Assembly: GCA_022729235.1 (NCBI GenBank)
Contig: JALDAJ010000001.1
Span: forward strand, 352,001 to 416,000
DNA length: 64,000 nucleotides
Source: Candidatus Nanohalarchaeota archaeon
GTDB taxonomy: Archaea; Nanohalarchaeota; Nanosalinia; Nanosalinales; Nanosalinaceae
Reading direction: 5' to 3'
Under the pieces are notes generated by a model. That model worked only from the letters and a program-made list of their open reading frames with translations. It was not told the DNA's origin and ran no database searches. The stretch's first letter is position 1. Every line of letters begins with the position of its first letter. Shown here one piece after another: positions 47,375-57,695 of this stretch. A program made the position numbers and the translations under genes.

Positions 47375-48958
47375 TTGAACGAGAACGCTGTCAAACAGCT
47401 GACGGAGAAAGGATGCATTGTTGAGAAAGACGCAGCTGAAACGCTGACGCAGGAAGATGTTGACCGTATTGAGAAGCTTGACTCTCCTCCTATGTACATA
47501 ACTGGGAAGATGATATCTCGCCTGAGGGAGGAAGCCCCGGAGAAAGAAGTGGTATCTGACTCGCAGAAGCTTGTTATGAAAGAAGGTGATGGAGATGGGG
47601 GACAGGGAAAGGAAGAAAGCACCAGTTCAGAAGATAATGGACAAGACAGCTCAACTGAGAATGCTTCCGACGAACCTTCTGTTGACGGCTCTGAACCCCG
47701 CCCGAGTGCTTCTGCCGCAGCCATGAGAGATACCGGTTCCCGATCAATTGATACCAAGGTAGAGGTTCTAGACCAGGCTGAAATCTCGAAAGAGGAGAAG
47801 GATGTCCCCGAGTTCCTTGAATACTACAACGACCGTTACGACCGGATGAAGAAGATTTTACTTCGGCGTATGGAGATGAAGTCTGCAGTCACTATCCAGA
47901 GGCTGGACCGCAGGGATGAAGGAGAGGAAGCTGCCACGATAGGTCTCGTGAAGAACAAGTATTCCACACGTTCCGGGAAGTATATAGTGGAGCTGGAGGA
48001 TAAGACAGGGACGTTCAAGGCACTGGTTGATGAACGCGAGGGTGACCGTATAGTGCCGGATGAGGTGATAGGAGTCAGGGGTAGTATGGGTGATGATATA
48101 ATATTCGCGAACTCGGTAGTGAGACCTGACTTACCGATACCGGATGGCGTCAAGACCACCTCACAGAAAGTAAGGGCGGCGTACATATCTGACTTCCACT
48201 TCGGTTCTAAGGATACGATGTATGACCGGGCGGACAAGTTCGCGGAGTGGATGAACTCCGAACAGGCGAGGGATATAGGTTATCTGGTCATCCCGGGTGA
48301 TGTGGTGGAGGGTGTGGGCACATACCCTGGTCAGGAGGAAGAACTCGATATAACTAATATCTACGACCAGTATGCAAGGTTTGAGGAGTGGGCTGAACAG
48401 CTCCCGGAAGACCTGGAAATCATAATCGGACCAGGAAACCACGAGATAGTCAGGTTAGCGGAACCTCAGCCACAGATACCTGAAAAGGCGCTGCCAAACA
48501 TGTCGGACTGGAACAACGTCCACCTGGTTCAGAACCCGCAGTACGTCCGTCTACACGGTATACGCTCGAAAGGGATACTTAACCTGCTGTACCACGGATA
48601 CTCTTTTGATGAGCAGATCGACCAGATACAGGAGCTTAGAGAGAAGGCATACGACGACCCGCACCACGTCATGATAGATCTTTTGAAGAGGAGACACCTG
48701 GCACCAACTTACGGCTCCAACCTTCTTTCTCCTGAAGGGAAGGACCGGCTGGTGATAGATAGGAAGCCAGACATATTTGCATCAGGTCACCTCCACGCCC
48801 ACTCCAACGAGAGCTATAAAGGAGTCAATGTTATCTGCGCCTCAACATTCCAGGCACAAACCGATTTCCAGAAAAGGATGGGTCACGACCCACAGCCCGG
48901 ACTGGTAACTCTGGTGGACTACAAGAAGCGGAACACGGAGGTGAAAAGGTTCGCGTGA
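47375..48958 (+). CDS. polD1: DNA polymerase D small subunit DP1
   Basis: OB fold, SDFHFGS, GDVVEG, PGNH, YHG, GHLH. Confidence 0.95.
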   Translation: MNENAVKQLTEKGCIVEKDAAETLTQEDVDRIEKLDSPPMYITGKMISRLREEAPEKEVVSDSQKLVMKEGDGDGGQGKEESTSSEDNGQDSSTENASDEPSVDGSEPRPSASAAAMRDTGSRSIDTKVEVLDQAEISKEEKDVPEFLEYYNDRYDRMKKILLRRMEMKSAVTIQRLDRRDEGEEAATIGLVKNKYSTRSGKYIVELEDKTGTFKALVDEREGDRIVPDEVIGVRGSMGDDIIFANSVVRPDLPIPDGVKTTSQKVRAAYISDFHFGSKDTMYDRADKFAEWMNSEQARDIGYLVIPGDVVEGVGTYPGQEEELDITNIYDQYARFEEWAEQLPEDLEIIIGPGNHEIVRLAEPQPQIPEKALPNMSDWNNVHLVQNPQYVRLHGIRSKGILNLLYHGYSFDEQIDQIQELREKAYDDPHHVMIDLLKRRHLAPTYGSNLLSPEGKDRLVIDRKPDIFASGHLHAHSNESYKGVNVICASTFQAQTDFQKRMGHDPQPGLVTLVDYKKRNTEVKRFA

Positions 48959-51900
48959 AGACTGAAGAATACTTCGAGAGTTTGAGGTCGCAAACAGAGA
49001 GAGCTTACGATATCGCGGAGGAGGCGCGCTCCCAGTCGAAAGACCCTGAGGGTGGTGTAGATATCCCGGTCGCGGAGGATTTACCGGAGAAGGCATCATC
49101 CCTGGTAATCGCCGCGAAGTTCCCGGAACTCGAGGATAGTGGTGTCGCGGAACGTATACGTGAGCTGGAGGATGAGTACGGCAAGAACGATGAGCGTGTA
49201 TCTTTCGAAATCGCCCGCGAGATAGCAGAGGGAGAGTTTCATGAGTTTGACGACCTTGAGCGGGCGTGCGAGGCAGGTATCCGTGTTGGCGTCTCGTACA
49301 TGACAGGAGGTATCACTACAGCCCCGCTTGAAGGTATCGGGGATGTCCGGATACGCGAAAACAGTGATGGCACGGATTACCTCGCTATCTACTACTCCGG
49401 CCCTATCAGGTCCGCGGGAGGAACAGCTTCAGCGATGTCCGTCCTCCTGTCGGACTACGTACGCCTCAACGTAGGACTTGAAGAGTTCAAACCGTCGGAG
49501 AAAGTGGTGGAGCGCTATGCCACAGAGGTCGATGACTACTACAACCGTGTCACCTCGAAACAGTACTACCCAGACCGTGAAGAGACCAAGATGATAGCAG
49601 ATAACGTCCCTGTAGAGGTAACGGGCTCACCAACTGAACAGCTCGAGGTGTCGAACTACAAAGACCTGGAACGCGTCAAGACGAACCGGATCAGAGGTGG
49701 TATGTGCCTGGTCTACCTTGACGGTCTACCGTTGAAGGCGCCGAAGATCAAGAAACGTATCGAGAAATGGGGTGAAGCGTTCGGTCTGGAGCACTGGAAG
49801 TGGGTGGAGGAGTATCTCGAACTACAGGAAGAACTACACTCCTCAGGGGATGACGATGAGGAAGAAGAGGAAGAAGGCTTCAGTTACACACCTTCCGACA
49901 AGTTCCTGGATTCGATGACAGCAGGAAGACCTGTATTCGGTCATCCTGGGAAGAAAGGAGGTTTCCGGCTACGGTACGGTCATTCCCGGAATAATGGACT
50001 TGCCGCTACCTCGGTTCACCCTGCGTCGATGGAGATCACGGAACGTTTTATGGCGACAGGTACCCAGCTGAAGACAGAATACCCGATGAAGGGTACGGTC
50101 ACGACACCTTGTGACTCTATACATCCGCCGGTTGCCAGACTGGAGAACGGCGATGTAATCCGGGTGGAGACGCGTGAAAAGGCGCGTGAGATAGAGAATA
50201 AAATTGACGAAATACTTTTTCTCGGGGATATGCTGGTGGCTTACGGTGAGTTCGTGGAGAATGGTAAGCGCCTTCTACCATCTCCATACGTGAGTGAGTG
50301 GTGGGAGAAGGATCTGGAAAAGGCGCTCAAGGAGGGGGAAGTAAAGCTCGGGCGGGACTTCTCCGGGCGCGACCCGACACCGAAGGAGGCGTTCAAGATA
50401 TCGGAGAAACTGGATATACCGCTCCATCCCAGGTGGACTTATCACTGGCGTGAGACATCGGTCGAGCGGTTCGAAGCACTTTACGAGGCGGTCAACTCTG
50501 GAGAACTGGAAGGCGAGAAAGTCAAGAGGTGCCTGGAAGACATACTGCTTGAGCACAGGGTTGAAGACGGAAAAATAGAGCTGGAGAAGCAGGACTTGCT
50601 TGTCCTCCAGAGGCTATTGAAGGATAATGATGAGCCGGAAATCGATGACGCGAGGGAGATACCGGGTTACATAGAAAAAGAGACCAGGGTTGAACTAAGG
50701 GAGCAGGCTCCGCACTACGTCGGTGCAAGGATGGGGCGACCTGAGAAGGCAGAAAAGAGGACTCTAGAAGGGAGACCACAGCTTCTTTTCCCCTGTGGAA
50801 AACAGGAGGGTGGGAGGATGAGAAATCTTTCGGAGTCTTACCGCAAAGGTGAAGTGGAGCAGGAGATAATCCACAACAAGTGTCCTGAATGCTCCAGTTT
50901 CACCTATTTCTCCTACTGCGTGGACTGCGATGTAGCTGCAGATCCGGTCTGGTTCTGCTCTGACTGCGGAAAAGAGTTCGACGAGGAGATGGATAGATGT
51001 GGTTCTTGCGGCAACGAGGACTTCAACCGGCACCAAAGGACAGATATAGAAGTAGAGGAAGTAATCGATGATGCGCTTGACAACCTGGGTTCCCGGCTAC
51101 CAGAGCTCCTGAAGTCGCCGAGAGGTATGAGCGGTAAGCACCGCCACGTCGAACCTGTGGAGAAAGGACTTCTCAGGCAGAAATACGGTCTCTACGTCAA
51201 CAAGGATGGTACAGTGCGGTACGATGCCACAGATATACCTATGACTCATTTCAGACCGCGGGAGATATCTACGTCCGTGGAGAAACTGCGTGAAATCGGT
51301 TACACTGAGGACGTAAACAGCGAACCACTGGAGTCGGAGGACCAGGTTCTGGCGTTGAAGCCGCAGGATATAGTGATACCGGATACCGACAAGTCGCTTC
51401 CTGCCTCAGACTACTTTGTTAACGTCGCAAAGTTCATCGACGACCTACTGGAAGAGTTCTACGGTCTCAAACCTTACTATAACGCTGAAAAAAAGGAGGA
51501 TCTTATAGGCGAGCTCGTAATAGGTCTCGCACCGCACACCTCAGGAGGTACTGTAGGTCGCATAATCGGGTTCACGGATGCGAAAGGTATCTATGCACAT
51601 CCCTACTGGCATGCAGGAAAAAGACGTAACTGTCTACCTGGTGACGCAGAAGTGAAGATGGCTGATGGATCAACACAGAGGCTTAGAGAGCTATACGAGA
51701 GTGCAGGAGAGGAGGAAGAGGTCGACTCAACAGGGACTGTGGAGAAGGAGATGGATGAAGAGGTCCTGACGGTTGATGGGAAGAGTATCAATGCTTCAAA
51801 AGCATCTAAGGTTATCAGGACACCCGCCCAGGACTTCAAGATAGAGTTTGAGACTGAAGGGGGCAGAAAGTTCGAGGTATTCCCAGATCACCGGGTAAAG

Positions 51901-54900
51901 ACGGGTGAGGGTGTGAAGAAAGCCCGTGAGGTTGAGGAAGGAGATAAAGTTTTCACTCCTCTAGAGGTTGATGTCGAAACAGAGGACAAAAAATACCTGG
52001 ATCTAGCAGATATGCTCTTGAACTCTAAGAGGGTGATGGTAAGAGGTGTAGAGGAGAAGGCGGATGCAGCTATCAAAGACCTCGGCGGTCTAAAGGAGGC
52101 ATCTACAGAACTAGGAGTTTCAAAGAAATCTCTGGGTAATTACAAGTATCGAGATAGTATCCCTCTGGACCTGTACCGGGATTTAATGCAGGAGAGTTCT
52201 CAGGATGATAAATTACTGGAAGATACTTCTTTAGCTGCTAAAAGAGACACTGTAGAAATACCTGCTGCGATAGAAGCTGATTCTGACTTCATGAAGCTCC
52301 TGGGATACTACCTGGCAGAAGGCTACACCCGGAAGTCCGAGAAACAGGGAGAAGAATTCTATCAAGTATGCTTCGCGTTTGGAGAACAGGAGCTTGAGGA
52401 TAACATCCGAGAGGTGATAAACAGTGTCTTCGGTATCGAACCGTCCAGACAGGACCATGTCTTGGTTATCAGCTCCAGATTAGTCTATGAGCTCTTCAAG
52501 TCATTAGAAGTCGGAGCAGGTGCGAAAGAAAAGAGGGTCCCGGAATTTGTGAAATCTTTACCAAAAGAAAAAGTCGCTGATATGCTTTCAGCCTACTTTG
52601 CTGGAGACGGGTCAGTTGAAAAGGGAAGGCTCCATGTCCAGGCAACTAGTTCCTCTAGGAAGCTCCTTGATGATATCGACTTCCTGCTGAAGAGGTTCGG
52701 GATTTACACCAGGTACTATCAGAATGATAGAGAGGCAGGGGGAATACTTGTTGATAAGTACGGTGAAGAACACTATGAGGGGAGAACATTTACAACTAAC
52801 AAGCTTCATATCCGGTCTTCTCATGCGGTTACGTTCGGTAAAGAAATAGGCTTTGATCTGGGAAGAAAACAGAAAGCTCTAGAAGCTGATTATAAGAGGG
52901 AACGAAATCCGAGGATTGAGACGGACGGAGAACTTGTGAAAGAAGAGATAAGGTCAAAAGAAACCAGGGAATCTGAAGAACGCTTTATGTATGACATAGA
53001 AGTTGAAGAAACACATAATTTCGTTACAAGAGACAACCTGGTTACTAATAACTGCGACGGTGACGAAGACGCGATATTACTGCTTATGGACGGCCTCCTT
53101 AACTTTTCACGGCAGTTCCTCCCTGATATGACTGGCGCGCGCAGTATAACGAAGGATACACGTATATTTGTCAAGAGAAATGAAGAATTACTGGCTCCTA
53201 CAGCTGAGGAATTGATCGATGAAGTTCTTGAAGATGAAGGGTATGAAACCCGGTCTGACGGATTTGAGGTCTGCAGGAGTTTTGATGACGATATTAAGGC
53301 AGTTTCATTTAGTGAAGATGGAGATGTCGGGTTCACTGATGTATCTGCCCTTATTAGACATGAGAACGATAAGCAGGTTTTCAGGGTGAAGACCTCAAGA
53401 GGCGAGATATCTGTAACCGGAGATCACAGCGTTTTCGTCACAGAAGGAAGGGAGATAGAGGCTAAACCTGTGCGGGAGATAGAAGAAGGTGAATGTATAG
53501 TGGTTCCCTCAAATCCGGATTTAGAAGCTGAAGGACTGCCTGACAAAGTAGATCTATTTGAAGTGATTCCTGACGAAGAATGCTATGTAAAGGTTCCAGA
53601 GGAGGAGCTAGAGGAAATAGGACCTGAGATAAAGCAAGAGGTCACAGAGGATGTAAAGCAGTCCTACAGCGAACATAATATTTACAGGTACAGGACAGGA
53701 AGGAGAGATGCACCTCTCAAGTTCTATAAGGAGGTAGGGGTAGTACCATCCTGCAAGGTGAGACTTCGAGCTGATACTGACCCTGTTAACAGGTTCTTTG
53801 AAGACTGCGATGAACTATACCGCCTTCTAGGTTACCTTCTCTCAGAAGGAGCTCTTGACAGAGGAGATATCTACAACACGGATATAGAATTAATTGAGGA
53901 TGCCAGAGACTGTATCGAGAAGCTTACGGGAGTAAGACCGGATATCAAAGAAGATGTTAGAGAAGAGAGAAAGGTTTGCTATAGTGTCAGGGTTCCGGCT
54001 GCTTTCATGAAGGCTCTGGAAGAGCTTGGTCTTGCCCGGAATAAATTTGATGAGAAAAGAGTTCCCTCGTTTGTATTTGGAGCAGATAAGAGTAAGGTTA
54101 GGAGTTTCATCGAGGCATATAGAAGCGGTGACGGCTCCATATATGAGGAGAAAGGATTTTCCAAGCTCTATACTAAGAGCGGAGAAATGGCTTCACAACT
54201 CTCACTTCTCTTGAGAAAACTTGGGTACAAGTCATCCGCACGCCAGGCAGGAGAGACATGGGAGGTGCTTTATTCGGAGTGGAGGGATAAGGATCCTTAC
54301 TGGCCCCTATGGGATATACTAGATGAAGCTCGTGAAACGCTAAGAGAAGATGGTTTTGACTATGAGGATGTCAAGAGAGAGTTCTCTAACGATAGGACTA
54401 ATGAACGTATGAAAACCGCGTCCAAGGAGAGGGTGGAAGATCTCTATGAAAAAGGAGTTAGTTCTTTAGAGAAGGCGGCTGAAGGCGATATCTCTGTAGA
54501 AAGAGTGGTGGAAATTGAAGAAGCGGATTATGGTGATGACTACGTATATGACCTAGAGGTACCGGAAAAACAGAACTTCCTGTGCGGTCCTCATCCTGTC
54601 TTCGCTCATAACACTATGGATGCGCCATTGATTCTTTCAACAGTTCTCAACCCTGACGAGGTCGATGACGAGGCGTGGGCTATCGAGACGGTCAGTGAGT
54701 ATCCGAGAAGCTTCTACGAAGAGACGCAGGAGTACAAGTATCCGTGGGAGCTTGACACCGATATCGAGATAGGTGAAGATATCGTCCACAGCGATGAGCC
54801 TTTCCGCCACGGCTACACACACGAATCGCAAAATATAGAGAACGGGCCGATGCAGAGCGAGTACGTGACGCTCGACGAGATGAGTGAGAAGACCAGGCAA

Positions 54901-55308
54901 CAGCTCGGGCTTGGTGAGAAGCTGAAGGCGGTGGAGGAGAACAAGGTCGCTGATTTACTGCTACAGAAGCACTTCATCCCTGATATCAAAGGTAATCTCC
55001 GTTCTTTCTCCAGCCAGGAGATGAGGTGTGGTGACTGCAACACCAAGTTCCGTAGAGTGCCGATGACTGCCCAAACAATTGCTCCAACAGGCAAAACCAC
55101 AGCGGAGTGCCCCGAGTGCGGGGGTAAAGTGTTGCTGACGATTTCTGAAGGCACTATCAAGAAGTATATGGAGCCATCGAGAGATATAGTCGAGGAGTTT
55201 GAGGTATCTCCCTATGTCCGACAGCAGATTATAATCCTCAAAGATACACTCCAGAGCCTTTTCGGGAAGGACGACAGGCAGACTGGTATCAAACAGTTCA
55301 CTACATGA
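48955..55308 (+). CDS. polC: DNA polymerase D large subunit DP2 with two inteins (about 1153 aa spliced)
   Basis: GPIRSAGGT, GGFRLRYG, RMGRPEK, KRRN|CDGDED, MDAPL. Confidence 0.97.
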   Translation: MKTEEYFESLRSQTERAYDIAEEARSQSKDPEGGVDIPVAEDLPEKASSLVIAAKFPELEDSGVAERIRELEDEYGKNDERVSFEIAREIAEGEFHEFDDLERACEAGIRVGVSYMTGGITTAPLEGIGDVRIRENSDGTDYLAIYYSGPIRSAGGTASAMSVLLSDYVRLNVGLEEFKPSEKVVERYATEVDDYYNRVTSKQYYPDREETKMIADNVPVEVTGSPTEQLEVSNYKDLERVKTNRIRGGMCLVYLDGLPLKAPKIKKRIEKWGEAFGLEHWKWVEEYLELQEELHSSGDDDEEEEEEGFSYTPSDKFLDSMTAGRPVFGHPGKKGGFRLRYGHSRNNGLAATSVHPASMEITERFMATGTQLKTEYPMKGTVTTPCDSIHPPVARLENGDVIRVETREKAREIENKIDEILFLGDMLVAYGEFVENGKRLLPSPYVSEWWEKDLEKALKEGEVKLGRDFSGRDPTPKEAFKISEKLDIPLHPRWTYHWRETSVERFEALYEAVNSGELEGEKVKRCLEDILLEHRVEDGKIELEKQDLLVLQRLLKDNDEPEIDDAREIPGYIEKETRVELREQAPHYVGARMGRPEKAEKRTLEGRPQLLFPCGKQEGGRMRNLSESYRKGEVEQEIIHNKCPECSSFTYFSYCVDCDVAADPVWFCSDCGKEFDEEMDRCGSCGNEDFNRHQRTDIEVEEVIDDALDNLGSRLPELLKSPRGMSGKHRHVEPVEKGLLRQKYGLYVNKDGTVRYDATDIPMTHFRPREISTSVEKLREIGYTEDVNSEPLESEDQVLALKPQDIVIPDTDKSLPASDYFVNVAKFIDDLLEEFYGLKPYYNAEKKEDLIGELVIGLAPHTSGGTVGRIIGFTDAKGIYAHPYWHAGKRRNCLPGDAEVKMADGSTQRLRELYESAGEEEEVDSTGTVEKEMDEEVLTVDGKSINASKASKVIRTPAQDFKIEFETEGGRKFEVFPDHRVKTGEGVKKAREVEEGDKVFTPLEVDVETEDKKYLDLADMLLNSKRVMVRGVEEKADAAIKDLGGLKEASTELGVSKKSLGNYKYRDSIPLDLYRDLMQESSQDDKLLEDTSLAAKRDTVEIPAAIEADSDFMKLLGYYLAEGYTRKSEKQGEEFYQVCFAFGEQELEDNIREVINSVFGIEPSRQDHVLVISSRLVYELFKSLEVGAGAKEKRVPEFVKSLPKEKVADMLSAYFAGDGSVEKGRLHVQATSSSRKLLDDIDFLLKRFGIYTRYYQNDREAGGILVDKYGEEHYEGRTFTTNKLHIRSSHAVTFGKEIGFDLGRKQKALEADYKRERNPRIETDGELVKEEIRSKETRESEERFMYDIEVEETHNFVTRDNLVTNNCDGDEDAILLLMDGLLNFSRQFLPDMTGARSITKDTRIFVKRNEELLAPTAEELIDEVLEDEGYETRSDGFEVCRSFDDDIKAVSFSEDGDVGFTDVSALIRHENDKQVFRVKTSRGEISVTGDHSVFVTEGREIEAKPVREIEEGECIVVPSNPDLEAEGLPDKVDLFEVIPDEECYVKVPEEELEEIGPEIKQEVTEDVKQSYSEHNIYRYRTGRRDAPLKFYKEVGVVPSCKVRLRADTDPVNRFFEDCDELYRLLGYLLSEGALDRGDIYNTDIELIEDARDCIEKLTGVRPDIKEDVREERKVCYSVRVPAAFMKALEELGLARNKFDEKRVPSFVFGADKSKVRSFIEAYRSGDGSIYEEKGFSKLYTKSGEMASQLSLLLRKLGYKSSARQAGETWEVLYSEWRDKDPYWPLWDILDEARETLREDGFDYEDVKREFSNDRTNERMKTASKERVEDLYEKGVSSLEKAAEGDISVERVVEIEEADYGDDYVYDLEVPEKQNFLCGPHPVFAHNTMDAPLILSTVLNPDEVDDEAWAIETVSEYPRSFYEETQEYKYPWELDTDIEIGEDIVHSDEPFRHGYTHESQNIENGPMQSEYVTLDEMSEKTRQQLGLGEKLKAVEENKVADLLLQKHFIPDIKGNLRSFSSQEMRCGDCNTKFRRVPMTAQTIAPTGKTTAECPECGGKVLLTISEGTIKKYMEPSRDIVEEFEVSPYVRQQIIILKDTLQSLFGKDDRQTGIKQFTT
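51631..53052 (+). mobile_element. Intein 1 in DP2 (474 aa, LAGLIDADG)
   Basis: KRRN|CLPGD..., PDH, LLGYYLAEG, AYFAGDG, ends VTNN|C. Confidence 0.95.
53143..54612 (+). mobile_element. Intein 2 in DP2 (490 aa, LAGLIDADG, Ser1)
   Basis: GAR|SITKD..., TGDHS, LLGYLLSEG, AYRSGDG, ends FAHN|T. Confidence 0.93.
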
Positions 55309-55347
55309 CCGCAAGATTATTTAGCCTGGGACTCACGATAAGAAATT

Positions 55348-55881
55348 ATGAACGGAGATGTCGGAATCAAGGAGGTTATGACGGACGGCGTAATAGCCGT
55401 TGAAAAAGACAAGAGTGTAAAAGAGGCTGCACAGCTACTCAAGGAGGAGAACATAAGAGGTCTCGTTGTCGTGGACGGCGGTGAGGCGGTCGGTATCGTT
55501 GTCTGTAGAGACATCGCATACGAGCTCGTTGCAGAGAGCAGGCATCCCCAGGAAGTCAAGGTCAGGGACATAATGAGCACAGACCTTATCGTTGCAGAGG
55601 AAGGAGAACTCCTGAACGACGTTGCTATGGCGATGCTCCGGAACGACATCTCCCGCGTACCAGTTGTGAGAGAGGACATGCTTGTAGGTATTGTAACCCA
55701 GTCCGACATCCTCAGGGCGTGGCCTGGATTCGCTGAGATACTCGAGGAGCAGGAAGAACTTGATGCTCCTGCTGATCCCAGGGAAGAGACAAGGAGCGGT
55801 GTATGCGAGGACTGCGAGAATTACTCAGAGGACCTAAAAGAGGTCGATGGGTTATTGGTGTGTCCTGAGTGCCGATCCTAG
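55348..55881 (+). CDS. CBS-pair protein with C-terminal zinc ribbon
   Basis: Two CBS repeats; CEDC...CPEC. Confidence 0.9.
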   Translation: MNGDVGIKEVMTDGVIAVEKDKSVKEAAQLLKEENIRGLVVVDGGEAVGIVVCRDIAYELVAESRHPQEVKVRDIMSTDLIVAEEGELLNDVAMAMLRNDISRVPVVREDMLVGIVTQSDILRAWPGFAEILEEQEELDAPADPREETRSGVCEDCENYSEDLKEVDGLLVCPECRS

Positions 55882-55919
55882 AGTAGGCTTTTTTATCACG
55901 CCGCGACTAAACCTCTCTT

Positions 55920-56372
55920 ATGAGCATGGAAATAGTAGAGGAAATCAGGAGGCAGAGAAGCACTTTCGCCGTCGAGAATCCTGGCTCTGTTTACGCAGAG
56001 ATAAGAGACCTTCTGGAGCGCCGGATGAGCTTTGACAAGGTTACTGAGGAGAAGTATTTCCATGACGTGGAGGAAGGACGGGTAAGATCACATATCGTGA
56101 CAATAGAGTTTTTCGATAACGTGACTAGAGAGGAACTGGAGATATACCTCACAATAGATGAGACCTCGAATGAGCTTGACATACTTGTGAAGGGCAAGCT
56201 TGTAACTGAATACGATGTAGACGGCTGGAGAGATTCGGTCTGGTACTACGCCTATCGCGCCCTCTATGACAAGTTCCTTTACGGTAGTGTCCGGCACGGT
56301 TACGAACCAGCGGTCGAGGAGAAAATTGAGGAACTAATCGAACGTATACGCCAGAACGTGGAGGCGACGTAG
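55920..56372 (+). CDS. Uncharacterised protein, paralogue A of a tandem triplet
   Basis: Good ORF; shares motifs with the next two genes. Confidence 0.8.
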   Translation: MSMEIVEEIRRQRSTFAVENPGSVYAEIRDLLERRMSFDKVTEEKYFHDVEEGRVRSHIVTIEFFDNVTREELEIYLTIDETSNELDILVKGKLVTEYDVDGWRDSVWYYAYRALYDKFLYGSVRHGYEPAVEEKIEELIERIRQNVEAT

Positions 56373-56373
56373 G

Positions 56374-56997
56374 ATGGTCGTGTTCACAGAGAATGTGCCT
56401 CCGAAGGCAGACCACCTGTTCGTGCGCGAGGACCCTGCGAGACTTTACCGAGGGCTCAGAGAGCTTCTAGTTGAAGAGTTCGATGTGGACAGGATTGAAG
56501 AGGGCAGGATGGAGTTCAACGTCGAGAAGCCGAAGGACCGTGTCCGGCTACACGCTTACAAGGAGAAAAGCCCTCACACAGTACTTTACTGGAAGTTTTC
56601 GGTTAAAGCCAAGCCCCCTCGTGACGTGTACAAATACGACAGACCTGACGACATACTTAAGGCACGGTACAAGATAACACCCAAGGTCATAACCATGTAT
56701 CCCGGCGGAGAACCGCTATCGTGGATGCCCAAGATCCAGTCAGAGTGGCCGATGGAGAGAATCGGGGCAGGACACCCAGGTCTGACAGCGGAGGAGCTCA
56801 CTAATTTCCAGCGCTCCAAACTCTACGAGGTCCTCATGAATATCTGGTACAAAAAGTTTTATTCCAAGGAGATAGAACGATACAAGGAGGAGGCAGAGGA
56901 GTCCATGCTGCGTATGGTAAACCTGTTCCGCGAAAAATTCGGAGTAGAAAAGGCGGTCTGGAGATCCGGCGCCAGCCACTACGACCCGCCCTGGTGA
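56374..56997 (+). CDS. Uncharacterised protein, paralogue B
   Basis: 1 nt from A; shared motifs. Confidence 0.8.
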   Translation: MVVFTENVPPKADHLFVREDPARLYRGLRELLVEEFDVDRIEEGRMEFNVEKPKDRVRLHAYKEKSPHTVLYWKFSVKAKPPRDVYKYDRPDDILKARYKITPKVITMYPGGEPLSWMPKIQSEWPMERIGAGHPGLTAEELTNFQRSKLYEVLMNIWYKKFYSKEIERYKEEAEESMLRMVNLFREKFGVEKAVWRSGASHYDPPW

Positions 56998-57003
56998 TAG
57001 CCG

Positions 57004-57684
57004 ATGAGCGAAGACACAACCTGGTTCCAGAGAAATATACTGCCCTGGCTGCACACACCGGGGACGTACAAGACAGACCACGAGAAGAAGAATTTCAAGG
57101 AAGACGACAATATCTGGCACGAGTTCCATATCTTCGACGGGGAATGGATCGAAATCCAGAACAGGGTGGACTGGTACGAGAGCCCTAACCTACCGAGTAT
57201 ATACGAGGACCACAAGTACATAATGAAGCAGAACATGGGGATGATGAGACCGGAAGAGACGTTCTACCAGCAGAACGTGGACACCAATGCCTTCAAGTCG
57301 GATATGTATTCCCAGGAGGACCTGCCCAGCGGCAGGGGGAAAGTCAGGATAGAGACCAATATATGGACCAAGACCCCGCCCTCGGGGGAGAACGATTTCG
57401 GTATGGCGGAGTACCTGGTACGCACCAAGATACGGTACAGCATCCCAAACGGCGTGACATTCCTTCCGCGTATACTTGCGCGACCACTCAACAGGTTCTT
57501 CAAATGGGCTTTTCTCAAGTATATAGGAGAGGAAATGGTGGAGCGCGACAGTGAGTACGCCCTGGAAAAAGCGAGAGAGTACTACGACTACATCAGGAAG
57601 TACCACGGGGAGGAGCCGATACAGACCAAGTCCCGGCGCGCAGAGTTCGAACCAGCTATAGAGGACGGAGTGTTCTTCCGTTAA
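57004..57684 (+). CDS. Uncharacterised protein, paralogue C
   Basis: 6 nt from B; shared C-terminal helices. Confidence 0.8.
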   Translation: MSEDTTWFQRNILPWLHTPGTYKTDHEKKNFKEDDNIWHEFHIFDGEWIEIQNRVDWYESPNLPSIYEDHKYIMKQNMGMMRPEETFYQQNVDTNAFKSDMYSQEDLPSGRGKVRIETNIWTKTPPSGENDFGMAEYLVRTKIRYSIPNGVTFLPRILARPLNRFFKWAFLKYIGEEMVERDSEYALEKAREYYDYIRKYHGEEPIQTKSRRAEFEPAIEDGVFFR

Positions 57685-57695
57685 CGCACTTGGTG

